64,000 nucleotides of DNA from Candidatus Latescibacterota bacterium (GTDB lineage: Bacteria; Latescibacterota; UBA2968; UBA8231): positions 2,272,001 through 2,336,000 of the forward strand of contig CBDCDC010000002.1 of NCBI GenBank assembly GCA_965215195.1, given 5' to 3'. This document shows positions 10,461 through 19,382 of this stretch, one piece after another. The notes under the pieces were generated by a model, which saw nothing but the letters and a program-made list of their open reading frames with translations, was not told where the DNA came from and made no database searches. Numbering within the stretch: the stretch's first letter is position 1; each line of letters starts with the position of its first letter. Both the position numbers and the translations under genes were made by a program.

Positions 10461-10476
10461 TGCAAGATGTGTGCCA
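10461..10476 (-). promoter_or_regulatory. Sigma54 (RpoN) -24/-12 promoter
   Basis: Minus strand reads TGGCAC-ACATC-TTGCA, consensus sequence and spacing, pointing into the permease operon. Confidence 0.85.
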
Positions 10477-10541
10477 TATTCTATATGATATTGGAAAACA
10501 ATAAGATACGTTGAATCGGCCTCTTGGCTGACCTAGGGCGA

Positions 10542-10580
10542 GTGTCCGCTGGTGATACAGGGGTGTCCGCTGGTGATACA
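10542..10580. promoter_or_regulatory. Tandem enhancer (UAS) boxes for a sigma54 activator
   Basis: Two exact 18-bp copies of GTGTCCGCTGGTGATACA (10542-10559, 10563-10580), 21-bp period, TGT-N11-ACA shape, about 65-105 bp upstream of the -24 box with an AT-rich spacer. Confidence 0.7.
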
Positions 10581-10715
10581 CCTGTTGTTCGCTAGCTTTC
10601 AGAGGATGGTTAGCGGGATCTGTTGCCTAGATATGATGTTGCTAATGGGCCGGAATCACTGTATCGTATCAACGTCGCGGGCGAGGCATCCGAATAAGGA
10701 AATTGCGGAGGCACC

Positions 10716-10866
10716 CTAAGTACACGACACCTCCTGTAGGTACGTTAGTACTTGATGGTAGGACGCCCTTGAATGCGAATGCGTTGATAAATTTGATAAA
10801 CCATAGCCTCTGTTGGCGGGCAAGCTGCCCGCGTACCCAGCGGCAACCTTAGTGTCGTGTACTAAG
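10716..10866. mobile_element. 151-bp MITE, IS4-family (IS10-like) ends
   Basis: TIRs CTAAGTACACGACAC / GTGTCGTGTACTAAG (14 of 15 match), flanked by the 9-bp direct repeat GGAGGCACC (10707-10715, 10867-10875); internal hairpin GCGGGCAAGCTGCCCGC. Confidence 0.85.
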
Positions 10867-10945
10867 GGAGGCACCAATTAATGCAGAATCGGCAGGATGG
10901 ACGGTCTCCATTGCAATTCCACCAAGGCGACTGAGGAGCCCAAGT

Positions 10946-12010
10946 GTGGCCATTAACGAAATCACCATCAAAGGCTTCAAGAGCATCCGCTCGGTAGAAA
11001 AGCTAGCTCTTGCACCGATTAATGTTTTAATAGGTGCCAACGGTTCGGGCAAGTCCAATTTCCTCGGCATATTTTCCTTTATTCGCGCCATTCGGCTTGG
11101 CAACGAACGCCGCTACGTCGCCCGCGAGGGCGGCGCGGAACGCGTACTACATTACGGGTCTGGGCAAACTCGGCGGCTCAGCCTGCACATTCGATTTTCG
11201 GAGCCTTTTAGCTATCGAGTAGATTTGCGGCCCACCACGAGTGACAGGCTTTTTGTGGACGAGGAATGGCTGGAACTTGCACGGCGTCGAGTGCGCCTTG
11301 ACACTGTTGACCTCAACGGAGACGAGGACACTGCCGCGCTGGATTGTCGCCTATCCAAGTGGCGCACCTATCAGTTCCACGACACCAGTCAACGATCGCC
11401 CATGCGAAAGACCGCGGAAATCGGCGACAATCGCCGGCTGCGCGATGACGGTGCGAACCTGCCGGCATTCCTGTACTTTCTAAAGAAAAAACACCAGCGC
11501 GAGTATCGACGTATCCGAGATATCGTCCGACTAATTGCGCCGTTCTTTCGCGACTTCGTGCTCGAGCCGGACGAGTTCAACGAAGACACCATTCGCCTTG
11601 AGTGGCAACACCGCGGCGTCGATGCGTACTTTGACAGCTCATCAATCTCCGACGGTACGTTGCGCTTCATTGCCTTGACCACATTGCTGCTCCAGCCCAA
11701 GGAGTTACGCCCTGATATCATACTGCTCGACGAGCCGGAACTCGGGTTACACCCCATGGCGATTTCGCGGCTTGCTTCCATGGTGCGGATGACGGCGGCG
11801 CACTCGCAGATTATCTTGGCGACTCAGTCGCCCATTCTCCTAGATCACTTCGACCCGGATGACGTTTTGGTTGCGGAACGTTCCATGGGCGAGACTCAGC
11901 TCACGAGGTTGGATGGCTCCGACTTGGCGGAATGGCTGGAAGACTACAGCCTAGGTCAACTTTGGGAGAAGAACGAGATTGGCGGCCGACCAATGTCGGA
12001 GAGGGCGTAA
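10946..12010 (+). CDS. ABC/AAA_21-type ATPase
   Basis: Walker A GANGSGKSN, signature-like SISDGTLRF, Walker B ILLDEPELGLHP, ATQSP. Confidence 0.9.
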   Translation: MAINEITIKGFKSIRSVEKLALAPINVLIGANGSGKSNFLGIFSFIRAIRLGNERRYVAREGGAERVLHYGSGQTRRLSLHIRFSEPFSYRVDLRPTTSDRLFVDEEWLELARRRVRLDTVDLNGDEDTAALDCRLSKWRTYQFHDTSQRSPMRKTAEIGDNRRLRDDGANLPAFLYFLKKKHQREYRRIRDIVRLIAPFFRDFVLEPDEFNEDTIRLEWQHRGVDAYFDSSSISDGTLRFIALTTLLLQPKELRPDIILLDEPELGLHPMAISRLASMVRMTAAHSQIILATQSPILLDHFDPDDVLVAERSMGETQLTRLDGSDLAEWLEDYSLGQLWEKNEIGGRPMSERA

Positions 12011-12021
12011 AAGGACCTACA

Positions 12022-12714
12022 TTGGCTCGTCTTCTCGTGCATGTCGAAGGAGATGCCGAAGAACTGTTCGTCAACGAGCTCCTCGGCCCGCATCTCTACG
12101 AGCATGGCTACAGTAGCGTCGTTGCCCGAATCGTCGGAAACGCGAGACAGCGTACAAAACGCGGTGGCATTGTCTCGTGGTTAGTAGTTCGACGAGAGAT
12201 CGTCAGGCAGCTAAAGAAGGATCGAGCCTGCTTGGCAACGACGATGGTTGACTACTATGGGTTGCCCCGAGCATGGCCGGGAAGGGCTGTCGCACACTGC
12301 TTGTCGGGGCTACGGAAAGTGGAGTATGTGGAACAGGCACTCCTATCAGATATGCAGGGCACCATGCCGGATGGTAGTAGGCGCTTCATCCCCTTTGTGA
12401 TGCTGCATGAATTCGAGGCACTGCTTTTCAGCGACTGTGGGCGATTTGCAGAAGCAATTGACCCGGCTCTGACGCCGCGGTTTCAGGCTATCCGCGACCA
12501 ATTTAGCACACCCGAGGAAATTGATGATTCGCCGCAAACAGCCCCATCAAAGCGGGTCTTGAAACTGTGTCCGGACTACGAAAAGCCCATAATGGGCGTT
12601 CTCGCCGCTTTGGAGATCGGATTGGAAACGATGCGCCGCGAATGCCCGCACTTTGCGAATTGGCTGCGGCGACTGGAAAATTCGGCAATCGTCCATTGGG
12701 CTGGTATTCCCTGA
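12022..12714 (+). CDS. DUF4276-like (TOPRIM-like) protein
   Basis: TTG start after AAGGA; VHVEGDAEE, TTMVDYYG, HEFEALLFSD, PSKR, CPHFANW motifs; adjacent to the ATPase. Confidence 0.8.
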   Translation: MARLLVHVEGDAEELFVNELLGPHLYEHGYSSVVARIVGNARQRTKRGGIVSWLVVRREIVRQLKKDRACLATTMVDYYGLPRAWPGRAVAHCLSGLRKVEYVEQALLSDMQGTMPDGSRRFIPFVMLHEFEALLFSDCGRFAEAIDPALTPRFQAIRDQFSTPEEIDDSPQTAPSKRVLKLCPDYEKPIMGVLAALEIGLETMRRECPHFANWLRRLENSAIVHWAGIP

Positions 12715-12776
12715 CCTCTTGAAAGGAAAGAAGATGCGTCGAATCGCCTCCTTGATCGGCCCGGTACTACTACTCC

Positions 12777-14153
12777 ATGCCTGCTGACGCCCCCCGCATC
12801 CTCGTCGTGGACGACGACCCAGACGTCCTCGTGGCCGCCCGCTTGCTCCTCAAGCAGCAGGGCTACCAAGTCCGCACCGAGACTTATCCCCAAGTCATTC
12901 CGAGGGCCCTCAAGCAGGAGTCGCCGGCCGTCGTCCTCCTCGACATGAACTTCACGCAGGAAGCGACCAGCGGTAGAGAGGGCTTCTACTGGCTCCAGCA
13001 AATCGGCGAGCTAGACCCGACCGTCGTGGTCCTGCTGATCACCGCGTACGGCGATGTGGAGATGGCCGTGCGCGCCATCAAGGCGGGGGCCGTCGATTTT
13101 GTGCTCAAACCTTGGCAGAACGAAAAGTTGCTCGCCACTGTGTCCGCGGCCGTGGAATTGCACCGTGCGCGCCGGGAAGCCCACAACCTGCGCTCCCGCC
13201 AGCAACGGCTGTCCGAAGACCTCGACCAGCCCTTTGGCGACCTCATCGGGGAGGCCGCGGTCCTACAGAAGGTTTTCCAAGCGATGGCCAAGGTGGCCGC
13301 CACCGACGCCAGCGTCCTCATCCTCGGCGAGAACGGCACGGGCAAGGAGCTGGTGGCGCGCGAGATTCACCGCCGCTCGGCGCGCGCCGACGAAGTCTTC
13401 ATGGCCGTGGATATGGGTTCCCTCAGCGAAACCCTGTTTGAGAGCGAACTCTTCGGCCACGTCAAGGGGGCTTTCACCGACGCCCGCAGTGACCGCGCCG
13501 GCCGCTTTGAAATCGCCTCCGGGGGCACCCTGTTCCTCGACGAGATCGGCAACCTGCCCCTGTCCTTGCAGGTCAAGCTGCTCGCGGCCCTGCAAAACCA
13601 GCAGGTCGTCCGCGTCGGCGCCAACAAGCCCGTGCAAGTAGATGTGCGCCTTATATGCGCCACCAACCAACCCATCCACGAAATGGCCACGGCCGGCACC
13701 TTCCGCCAAGACCTCCTCTACCGCATCAACACCGTGGAAATCCTCCTGCCCCCCCTGCGCGACCGCCCGGAGGACATCGCGCTGTTGGCCCGCCACTTCC
13801 TCGAGCTGTACCGGAAAAAGTACCGCAAGGCCCTGACCGGCCTGACCGCCGAGGCACTCGCCCACTTGCATGCGTACGCTTGGCCGGGCAATGTGCGGGA
13901 ATTGCAGCACGCAGTGGAGCGCGCCGTCATTATGAGCGAAGGGAAGCGCTTGGCCGCGGCCGATTTCCCCCTGACCGCGACTCCGTCGCCCGAGGAGACC
14001 ATCGCCTTTGACAGCTACAATCTCGAAGACGTCGAGCACGAGGTCATTGCCCGGGTGCTGCGCAAAAACCAAGGCAACGTCAGCCAAACCGCACGGGAAC
14101 TCGGGCTCACCCGCACGGCCCTCTATCGCCGCATGGAGAAGTATGGCCTTTAG
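12777..14153 (+). CDS. Sigma54-dependent response regulator (REC-AAA+-Fis HTH, NtrC family)
   Basis: ILVVDDD, LLDMNF, GENGTGKE, ESELFGHVKGAFTDA, WPGNVREL, C-terminal HTH. Confidence 0.95.
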   Translation: MPADAPRILVVDDDPDVLVAARLLLKQQGYQVRTETYPQVIPRALKQESPAVVLLDMNFTQEATSGREGFYWLQQIGELDPTVVVLLITAYGDVEMAVRAIKAGAVDFVLKPWQNEKLLATVSAAVELHRARREAHNLRSRQQRLSEDLDQPFGDLIGEAAVLQKVFQAMAKVAATDASVLILGENGTGKELVAREIHRRSARADEVFMAVDMGSLSETLFESELFGHVKGAFTDARSDRAGRFEIASGGTLFLDEIGNLPLSLQVKLLAALQNQQVVRVGANKPVQVDVRLICATNQPIHEMATAGTFRQDLLYRINTVEILLPPLRDRPEDIALLARHFLELYRKKYRKALTGLTAEALAHLHAYAWPGNVRELQHAVERAVIMSEGKRLAAADFPLTATPSPEETIAFDSYNLEDVEHEVIARVLRKNQGNVSQTARELGLTRTALYRRMEKYGL

Positions 14154-14164
14154 ACGCAGTACCC

Positions 14165-14254
14165 TCAGGCCTGCTCGTGGGCTTTTTTATACGCTTTCAG
14201 AAGCGCATTGACCCGCGTCTGGTAGCCTTCGCCTTGGTTGCGGAACCATTCCAG
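14165..14254 (-). pseudogene. C-terminal remnant of a BrnA-family antitoxin
   Basis: Minus strand translates LEWFRNQGEGYQTRVNALLKAYKKAHEQA*, the WF+..G.GYQT..N motif; no N-terminus. Confidence 0.75.
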
Positions 14255-14311
14255 TTGAAGCATTGCAGAGTACGTTCAATTGTGGCGAGTGGGAAGAGCT
14301 CAGGAGGAATT

Positions 14312-14515
14312 ATGACCGATCTACAGACTGAACCCGTAGCAAGACTGGCAGTACGCACAAACGACAAGACTCAGCATCAGGGCAATACTAAGGCACAACA
14401 GCTATTGGCTGCTTGGTTGGCCGACGAATCCGGCTATGACGAGGCAACGTGGCCCAACCTCAAGCAAAATTTGGAGGCCAACCGCTCTGGTCATAGAAAG
14501 CTATTTAGTGCCTGA
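14312..14515 (+). CDS. Small putative antitoxin (67 aa)
   Basis: SD AGGAGG; LLAAWLADESGYDEATWPNLKQNLEANR; stop overlaps the start of the following PIN gene. Confidence 0.65.
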   Translation: MTDLQTEPVARLAVRTNDKTQHQGNTKAQQLLAAWLADESGYDEATWPNLKQNLEANRSGHRKLFSA

Positions 14516-14920
14516 CGTATTCTTGTTCGATACCGGCGTCCTAGGACAGGTGTCCCATCCACGGCGGAATCCCGCGTTCGCTCAGTGGTTTGACCAACTG
14601 TTGACAACTGAGACAACGATTATGATTCCCGAAATTTCTGACTATGAAGTGCGTCGTGAGTTAATCCGCGCCCAACGCACGGAGGGCATTCGTCGCCTCG
14701 ACCAGCTCGTACTTGCCTATTACCACCGCCGTTATGCTGCGCGCCGCCCAGCTATGGGCTACGCGGTCGCCCAACTGCCGATCCCAAAGAACGGGACTGC
14801 GATGTGATTCTTGCAGCTCAGGCTCGGGAAGTCGGAGCCACTGTCGTCACAGACAATATCGGACATCTTTCGCTGTTTGTGGAGGCTAAGAGTTGGCGCG
14901 ATATCCGGGTAGCAGAGTGA
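14508..14920 (+). pseudogene. PIN-domain (VapC-like) toxin, frameshifted by short deletions
   Basis: FLFDTGVLG, PEISDYEVRREL, then in other frames YLPITTAVMLRAAQLWA and TADPKERDCDVILAAQA...TDNIGHL..*. Confidence 0.8.
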
Positions 14921-14978
14921 AATAGGAAGACCCACTCTCGAAAATCCCGCGTGATCCCTACCGCCGCCTCGCTCAATT

Positions 14979-16331
14979 ATGACCTTTAAGAACGTCCTAC
15001 ATCGCCTAAGGCGAGGAGCCCGCGCCTTCCGCACGCGGGTCGTGCTGCGCGTCGCCTTCCTCGGTGCCACCTTGTGGCTGCTGTTCTATACAATAGTGGA
15101 AGGCTGGAACCATTTAGCCGTCCTCGTCGTCCTCGTCCTCGCCCTGCTCTACCAGCTCTACGCCCTCGTCCACTACGTCGAGCGCACCAATCGCGACCTA
15201 GCGCGCTTTTTGAACGCCATCCGCTACTCCGACTTCTCGCAGACGTTTGTCACCGGCGGGCTCGGCTCCTCTTTCGACGAACTCAAGGCCGCGTTCAACG
15301 AGGTCCTCGACGCGTTTCGCCGAGCGCGGGCCGAAAAAGAGGAACAAGCGCGCTACCTGCAAACGGTCGTGCAGCACATTGGCGTCGGCTTGATCGCGTT
15401 CGACAACGCTGGCGAGGTGTCCCTGATCAACAACGCGGCCAAGCGCCTTTTGGGAGTGCCCCGCTTGGGCCACATCGCCGACCTCAGCCGCGTCAATCCC
15501 ATCCTAACCACCACCCTGCAAAGCCTCGGTCCTCGGGGCCGCGACTTGGTGCGCTTTGACGAGATTCAGCTCGCCCTATACGCCTCGGTGTTCCGCCTGA
15601 GCCACCGCGAGCACACCCTAGTGGCCCTCCACGACATTGGCCCGGATCTCGACGAAAAGGAAATGGAGGCCTGGCAAAACCTGATCCGCGTACTGACCCA
15701 CGAAATCATGAATTCCATCACCCCGATCGCTTCGCTGGCCGCGACCGCGGACGGAATGCTAAAAGACGACGGGCTCGATGCCGAAACTACCGCAGACATC
15801 CGCATCGCCGTGAGCACCATCCAGCGCCGCAGCGAGGGCCTGCTGCACTTTGTCGAAGCCTACCGCAACCTCACCCGCGTACCAGCGCCCTCCTTTGAGA
15901 TCGTCTCGGTGGCCGGCCTGTTCGCCCGCGTGGAGCAGCTAATGCGGCCGCAGTTCGCCGAGTCCGCGGTTGAGTTGCACATCCGCGTTGATCCGCCCAG
16001 CCTCGAATTGACCGCGGACCCGGAGCAAGTTGAGCAGGTCCTCATCAACCTGCTGAGGAATGCCCGCGAAGCCACGGCCAACCGCGCCGGGGCCCGCGTT
16101 GATTTGACCGCTCGTCTGGCGCACGACAAGGTCGTCGTCGAGGTTGCGGACAATGGGCCGGGGATCGTGGAAGAAGCGCTCGGCAAGGTTTTCATTCCCT
16201 TTTTTACGACCAAGCGAGACGGCTCCGGCATTGGGCTGAGCCTGTGCCGCCAGATCATGCGGCTCCACCGAGGCGCCATCTCCGCCCGCTCGGAACCGGG
16301 GGTGCGGACGGTGTTTGCGTTGCGGTTTTGA
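14979..16331 (+). CDS. Sensor histidine kinase (NtrY/NtrB-like), partner of 12777..14153
   Basis: Two TM helices, PAS-like region, H-box RVLTHEIMNS, QVLINLLRNA, DNGPG, PFFTTK, GSGIGL. Confidence 0.93.
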   Translation: MTFKNVLHRLRRGARAFRTRVVLRVAFLGATLWLLFYTIVEGWNHLAVLVVLVLALLYQLYALVHYVERTNRDLARFLNAIRYSDFSQTFVTGGLGSSFDELKAAFNEVLDAFRRARAEKEEQARYLQTVVQHIGVGLIAFDNAGEVSLINNAAKRLLGVPRLGHIADLSRVNPILTTTLQSLGPRGRDLVRFDEIQLALYASVFRLSHREHTLVALHDIGPDLDEKEMEAWQNLIRVLTHEIMNSITPIASLAATADGMLKDDGLDAETTADIRIAVSTIQRRSEGLLHFVEAYRNLTRVPAPSFEIVSVAGLFARVEQLMRPQFAESAVELHIRVDPPSLELTADPEQVEQVLINLLRNAREATANRAGARVDLTARLAHDKVVVEVADNGPGIVEEALGKVFIPFFTTKRDGSGIGLSLCRQIMRLHRGAISARSEPGVRTVFALRF

Positions 16332-16346
16332 GGGGATTGGCATTCC

Positions 16347-17486
16347 TCAATACTGGCGGTAGATTTGGCCGCCCTTGACCACAATCAGCGGTTCCAATTG
16401 CCGTCGGCCAGTGCGCCTTTCCCCGCTTGAATCGGCCAACTCGAACTGACCCTCGCGCACGTCGAGCACTACGGCGTCGCCCCAAGCACCTACTGCTAGG
16501 GTGCCGATCTCGTCCGGCATCCCAATGACTTGGGCTGGCACTGCGGTGACTTTGGCCAAGGCCGCGTCGAGATCCATGCCCAAGTGGAGGAATTTGGATG
16601 CGACGTTGACCAAGTCATATACAGGCCCATTGAGGTTGTACACGTGCAGGTCTGAAGAAATGGTATGCGGCGCAAGGCCAGCGCTCAGGGCGGTCTCGGC
16701 TACCGCCCAGGAAAAGGAGCCCGCGCCGTGCCCCACATCAAAGAGCACGCCCCGCGCCACGGCCTCGCGCACCGCAGGGCGCACTTGGCCCGCTTCGTCG
16801 AGGATGCCGCACTTCATGCCGTGGAAGCAGTGGGTGAGGATGTCGCCCTGTTTCATAACGGCCAGCACATCATCGAGGCTGTCGCACCAAGCGTCTTGGG
16901 GATGGACCATAATGGGTAGGCCGGCTGCATCCGCGGCCTCGCGGGCCCGGTGCAGGGGCAGCATCCCGGCGCGCTGGCTGACGATGCTGTTGCGGGTGAG
17001 CCGCACCTTGACCCCCAAGATGAGGTCGCGGTGTTGTTCGATCATGCGGCAGGCTTTGCCCACGTCTGCGTATTCCGGGATCTCGAACTCGCCGATTTCG
17101 CGCGTCAACATGCCCTGCGAGGAGATATTGAGCTGAGCCAAGATGCGGGTGGCGCTGACGTCGATGATGAACTTGCGAAAGCCGGGGAAGGTATCGGCCC
17201 CGGCCGAGCCAGCATCGACCGCGGTGGTGACGCCTCGGGCCAAGCAGGTGGGGTCCGGCTCAATGCCGAAGTGGCTGACCCCCCAGAACACGTGGACATG
17301 CAGGTCGATGAGGCCGGGACCTACCACATAGCCTGTGACATCGAGCGTTTGGCGCGCCTCGTTTGCCGGCAGGTCGGCCCCGAGTGCAGCGACTTTGCCG
17401 TCGGCGAAAGCCACGTCCAGCACTGTGTGCAGTTTTTGGGCTGGATCGACTAGGGTGCCGCCTTTGAGGAGCAGGTCGTAGAGCAT
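16347..17486 (-). CDS. Amidohydrolase/deacetylase (dihydroorotase-like metallohydrolase)
   Basis: PGLIDLHVH, GVTTAVDAGSAG, THCFH, DVGHGAGSF, ISSDLH. Confidence 0.9.
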   Translation of the reverse strand: MLYDLLLKGGTLVDPAQKLHTVLDVAFADGKVAALGADLPANEARQTLDVTGYVVGPGLIDLHVHVFWGVSHFGIEPDPTCLARGVTTAVDAGSAGADTFPGFRKFIIDVSATRILAQLNISSQGMLTREIGEFEIPEYADVGKACRMIEQHRDLILGVKVRLTRNSIVSQRAGMLPLHRAREAADAAGLPIMVHPQDAWCDSLDDVLAVMKQGDILTHCFHGMKCGILDEAGQVRPAVREAVARGVLFDVGHGAGSFSWAVAETALSAGLAPHTISSDLHVYNLNGPVYDLVNVASKFLHLGMDLDAALAKVTAVPAQVIGMPDEIGTLAVGAWGDAVVLDVREGQFELADSSGERRTGRRQLEPLIVVKGGQIYRQY

Positions 17487-17573
17487 GGGATCCTCCGAAA
17501 AGGTGTTGGGGCGCGGTTCGCCGAGGGTTTGCAGACCGCTTCTTAGGAAGCCTGACCGCTTGGCGTTTTTCAG

Positions 17574-18428
17574 CTATGGAGCAGCGGTCTCAAACAAAGC
17601 CAACCAGTCGTCCACGCTTTGCGCCACCGATTCGGGGTGAGCTTGGCTGCGGGCGACAAAGCCGGGGACGCCGTCGCGGCCGCTGGGCTGCGTCGGGTCG
17701 CTGTAGCGCAGGTCGAGGCTCCAGCGGATGTGGTCGGAGTGGTTGGGGATGGAGCGGTGGATGGTCTTGTGCTGGATGAGCAACGCGCTGCCGACTTTGA
17801 CTGGGCAGCTAACTTGCTCGCCGGGGGGCAGGTACTGATCGGTGATGCCTTTGAAGTTGGCCCCGGGGCCCAAGCCGTGCTCGTGGCCGATGAGCGGAGC
17901 GCGGTGGCTGCCGGCAATGACCTCCATGCAGCCGTTTTCAGGCGTGGCATCGACCAAGGGGAGCCAAAAATTGACCATGAAGGTCTCTTCGGCGTCGGGC
18001 TGCAAATAGCCCAAGTCTTGATGCCAAGGCACCACGGTGGCGTTTTGGTTGGGCAATTTGGCGCGCAGGTTGAATTGCGGATGAGCCAGTATTTCGGGGC
18101 CGATTGCGGATTCGACAATGTCGAGCAGGGCCGGTTGGGTCAAAACGGCGAACATGCCCTCGGTTTTGAGCTTGCCGTTGACTTGGCGCAACAGCGGGGC
18201 CGGGTCGGCCAACTGGGCGTGGATGTGGATCAGGCGCTGGGCAAAGGGTAAATCTGCGTACAGGTCGGACAGTTCGCCGGCCGCGTGGGCCTGCTGGGCG
18301 GCCGCATCGACAATCGCGTCGATTTCGGCGATGAGGAGGTCAAAGACCGAGGGGCTGAGGACGTCCTCGACGAGGAGGTAGCCTTCGCTGCGGTAGAAGT
18401 CGAGTTGGTCGGAGGTGAGGCCGCTCAT
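17574..18428 (-). CDS. PhyH-family Fe(II)/2-oxoglutarate dioxygenase
   Basis: PWHQD, ENGCMEVIAGSH, TIHRSIPN..RWSLDLRY. Confidence 0.9.
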   Translation of the reverse strand: MSGLTSDQLDFYRSEGYLLVEDVLSPSVFDLLIAEIDAIVDAAAQQAHAAGELSDLYADLPFAQRLIHIHAQLADPAPLLRQVNGKLKTEGMFAVLTQPALLDIVESAIGPEILAHPQFNLRAKLPNQNATVVPWHQDLGYLQPDAEETFMVNFWLPLVDATPENGCMEVIAGSHRAPLIGHEHGLGPGANFKGITDQYLPPGEQVSCPVKVGSALLIQHKTIHRSIPNHSDHIRWSLDLRYSDPTQPSGRDGVPGFVARSQAHPESVAQSVDDWLALFETAAP

Positions 18429-18898
18429 GGGAATCGTCCTTTTGTTGGGGGGCTGACTGAGATTTGGCTATCAACGGGTGCGGTGAGCATGCCAAGCTGG
18501 GCGGCCGCATCGACTTGTCGCCGGTCGAAGGACCCGAAGGTTATCGGCACTCCGAGCGAGGCTTGCAAATACTCAGCTCCCGCAAGGTGAACGCTGTCGT
18601 AGGCACGGACGCCGAGTTGTTCGCTCAGCGCACCGGCTCGTCGCAGAAGGGTCTGGGTGACCGCGACGCGGTGGTATCTCTCCCAATCCTGCTCTAGCGC
18701 CTTCTTGCATGTCGCCAGCTCTGCATCGGACAGGTCGCCCAAGCGCCGTTTAGCAGCCAAAGCGGATCGCGCCTCCACGTATGCGAGCCACTGGCAGGCG
18801 ATTTCCTCGGCCACGTCCACCCAGCCACGCACCACATCGGAGTCGGCCTCCTCGACGTACAGCTTGACGAGAGCCGATGTGTCGAGAAAGAGGATCAC
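18425..18898 (-). CDS. vapC: VapC PIN-domain toxin
   Basis: LFLDTSALVKLYVEE, YVEARSAL, RAYDSVHLA, SFDRRQ. Confidence 0.9.
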   Translation of the reverse strand: MILFLDTSALVKLYVEEADSDVVRGWVDVAEEIACQWLAYVEARSALAAKRRLGDLSDAELATCKKALEQDWERYHRVAVTQTLLRRAGALSEQLGVRAYDSVHLAGAEYLQASLGVPITFGSFDRRQVDAAAQLGMLTAPVDSQISVSPPTKGRFP

Positions 18899-19161
18899 CG
18901 CCGCTCTTCCACCACGATGTCCGCAACGCTTTTCTGTCCGGGTTTGACGCGCACCGGGCGCGTGGCACCTTGCGGTTTTCCCCCGGTCCCAGCATTGATC
19001 CCCGGCAAAATTGCCAGCCGCTGTTCCAACGGAAGGGATGGCAGCGGCACGAGGCGAGCGATGGGCTTGCCCCTAGAAGTTACGACGACCGTCTCTCCCC
19101 GCTGGACTTGCCGAAGATAGCGCGACAACCTGCTCTTCAGGTCGCGTACGGATGCGTTCAT
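18895..19161 (-). CDS. Phd/YefM-family antitoxin
   Basis: MNASVRDLKSRLSRYLRQVQRGETVVVTSRGKPIARL; SD AAGGAG; 4-nt overlap with vapC. Confidence 0.9.
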   Translation of the reverse strand: MNASVRDLKSRLSRYLRQVQRGETVVVTSRGKPIARLVPLPSLPLEQRLAILPGINAGTGGKPQGATRPVRVKPGQKSVADIVVEERR

Positions 19162-19172
19162 TGCGTTCTCCT

Positions 19173-19203
19173 TGTAACTACTATTGAGACAACTGTAGTC
19201 ACA
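19173..19203. promoter_or_regulatory. Putative TA autoregulatory operator (inverted repeat)
   Basis: TGTAACTAC...GTAGTCACA imperfect inverted repeat directly upstream of the antitoxin start. Confidence 0.5.
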
Positions 19204-19382
19204 GTAGAGTATCGAGGCAAGCGCACCGGGCCCTAGAAGCCTCCTCGCGATCGCGTCCCACTCGGTCATCAGAGCCGACCCGCAATACGCCCACACTACA
19301 CCCCAAGCCCATCCTTGACATTGTTCAAGGCGACGGGGAACCTTGAAGTCTAAGTTAATCCCACCCTTGACTAGGAAGGACG

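Noticed and set aside
10542-10580. Tandem 18-bp repeats as a CRISPR array
   Set aside because: Only two units with a 3-bp gap and no cas genes; position fits sigma54 enhancer boxes
10716-10866. Integron attC sites or a structured ncRNA
   Set aside because: TIRs plus a 9-bp target duplication indicate a MITE; no attC core boxes or integron integrase seen
13263-14087. Long antisense ORFs (also 20205..20960, 36515..37333, 42143..42967, 62548..63399)
   Set aside because: Shadow ORFs opposite well-supported genes in GC-rich DNA, with no recognisable motifs
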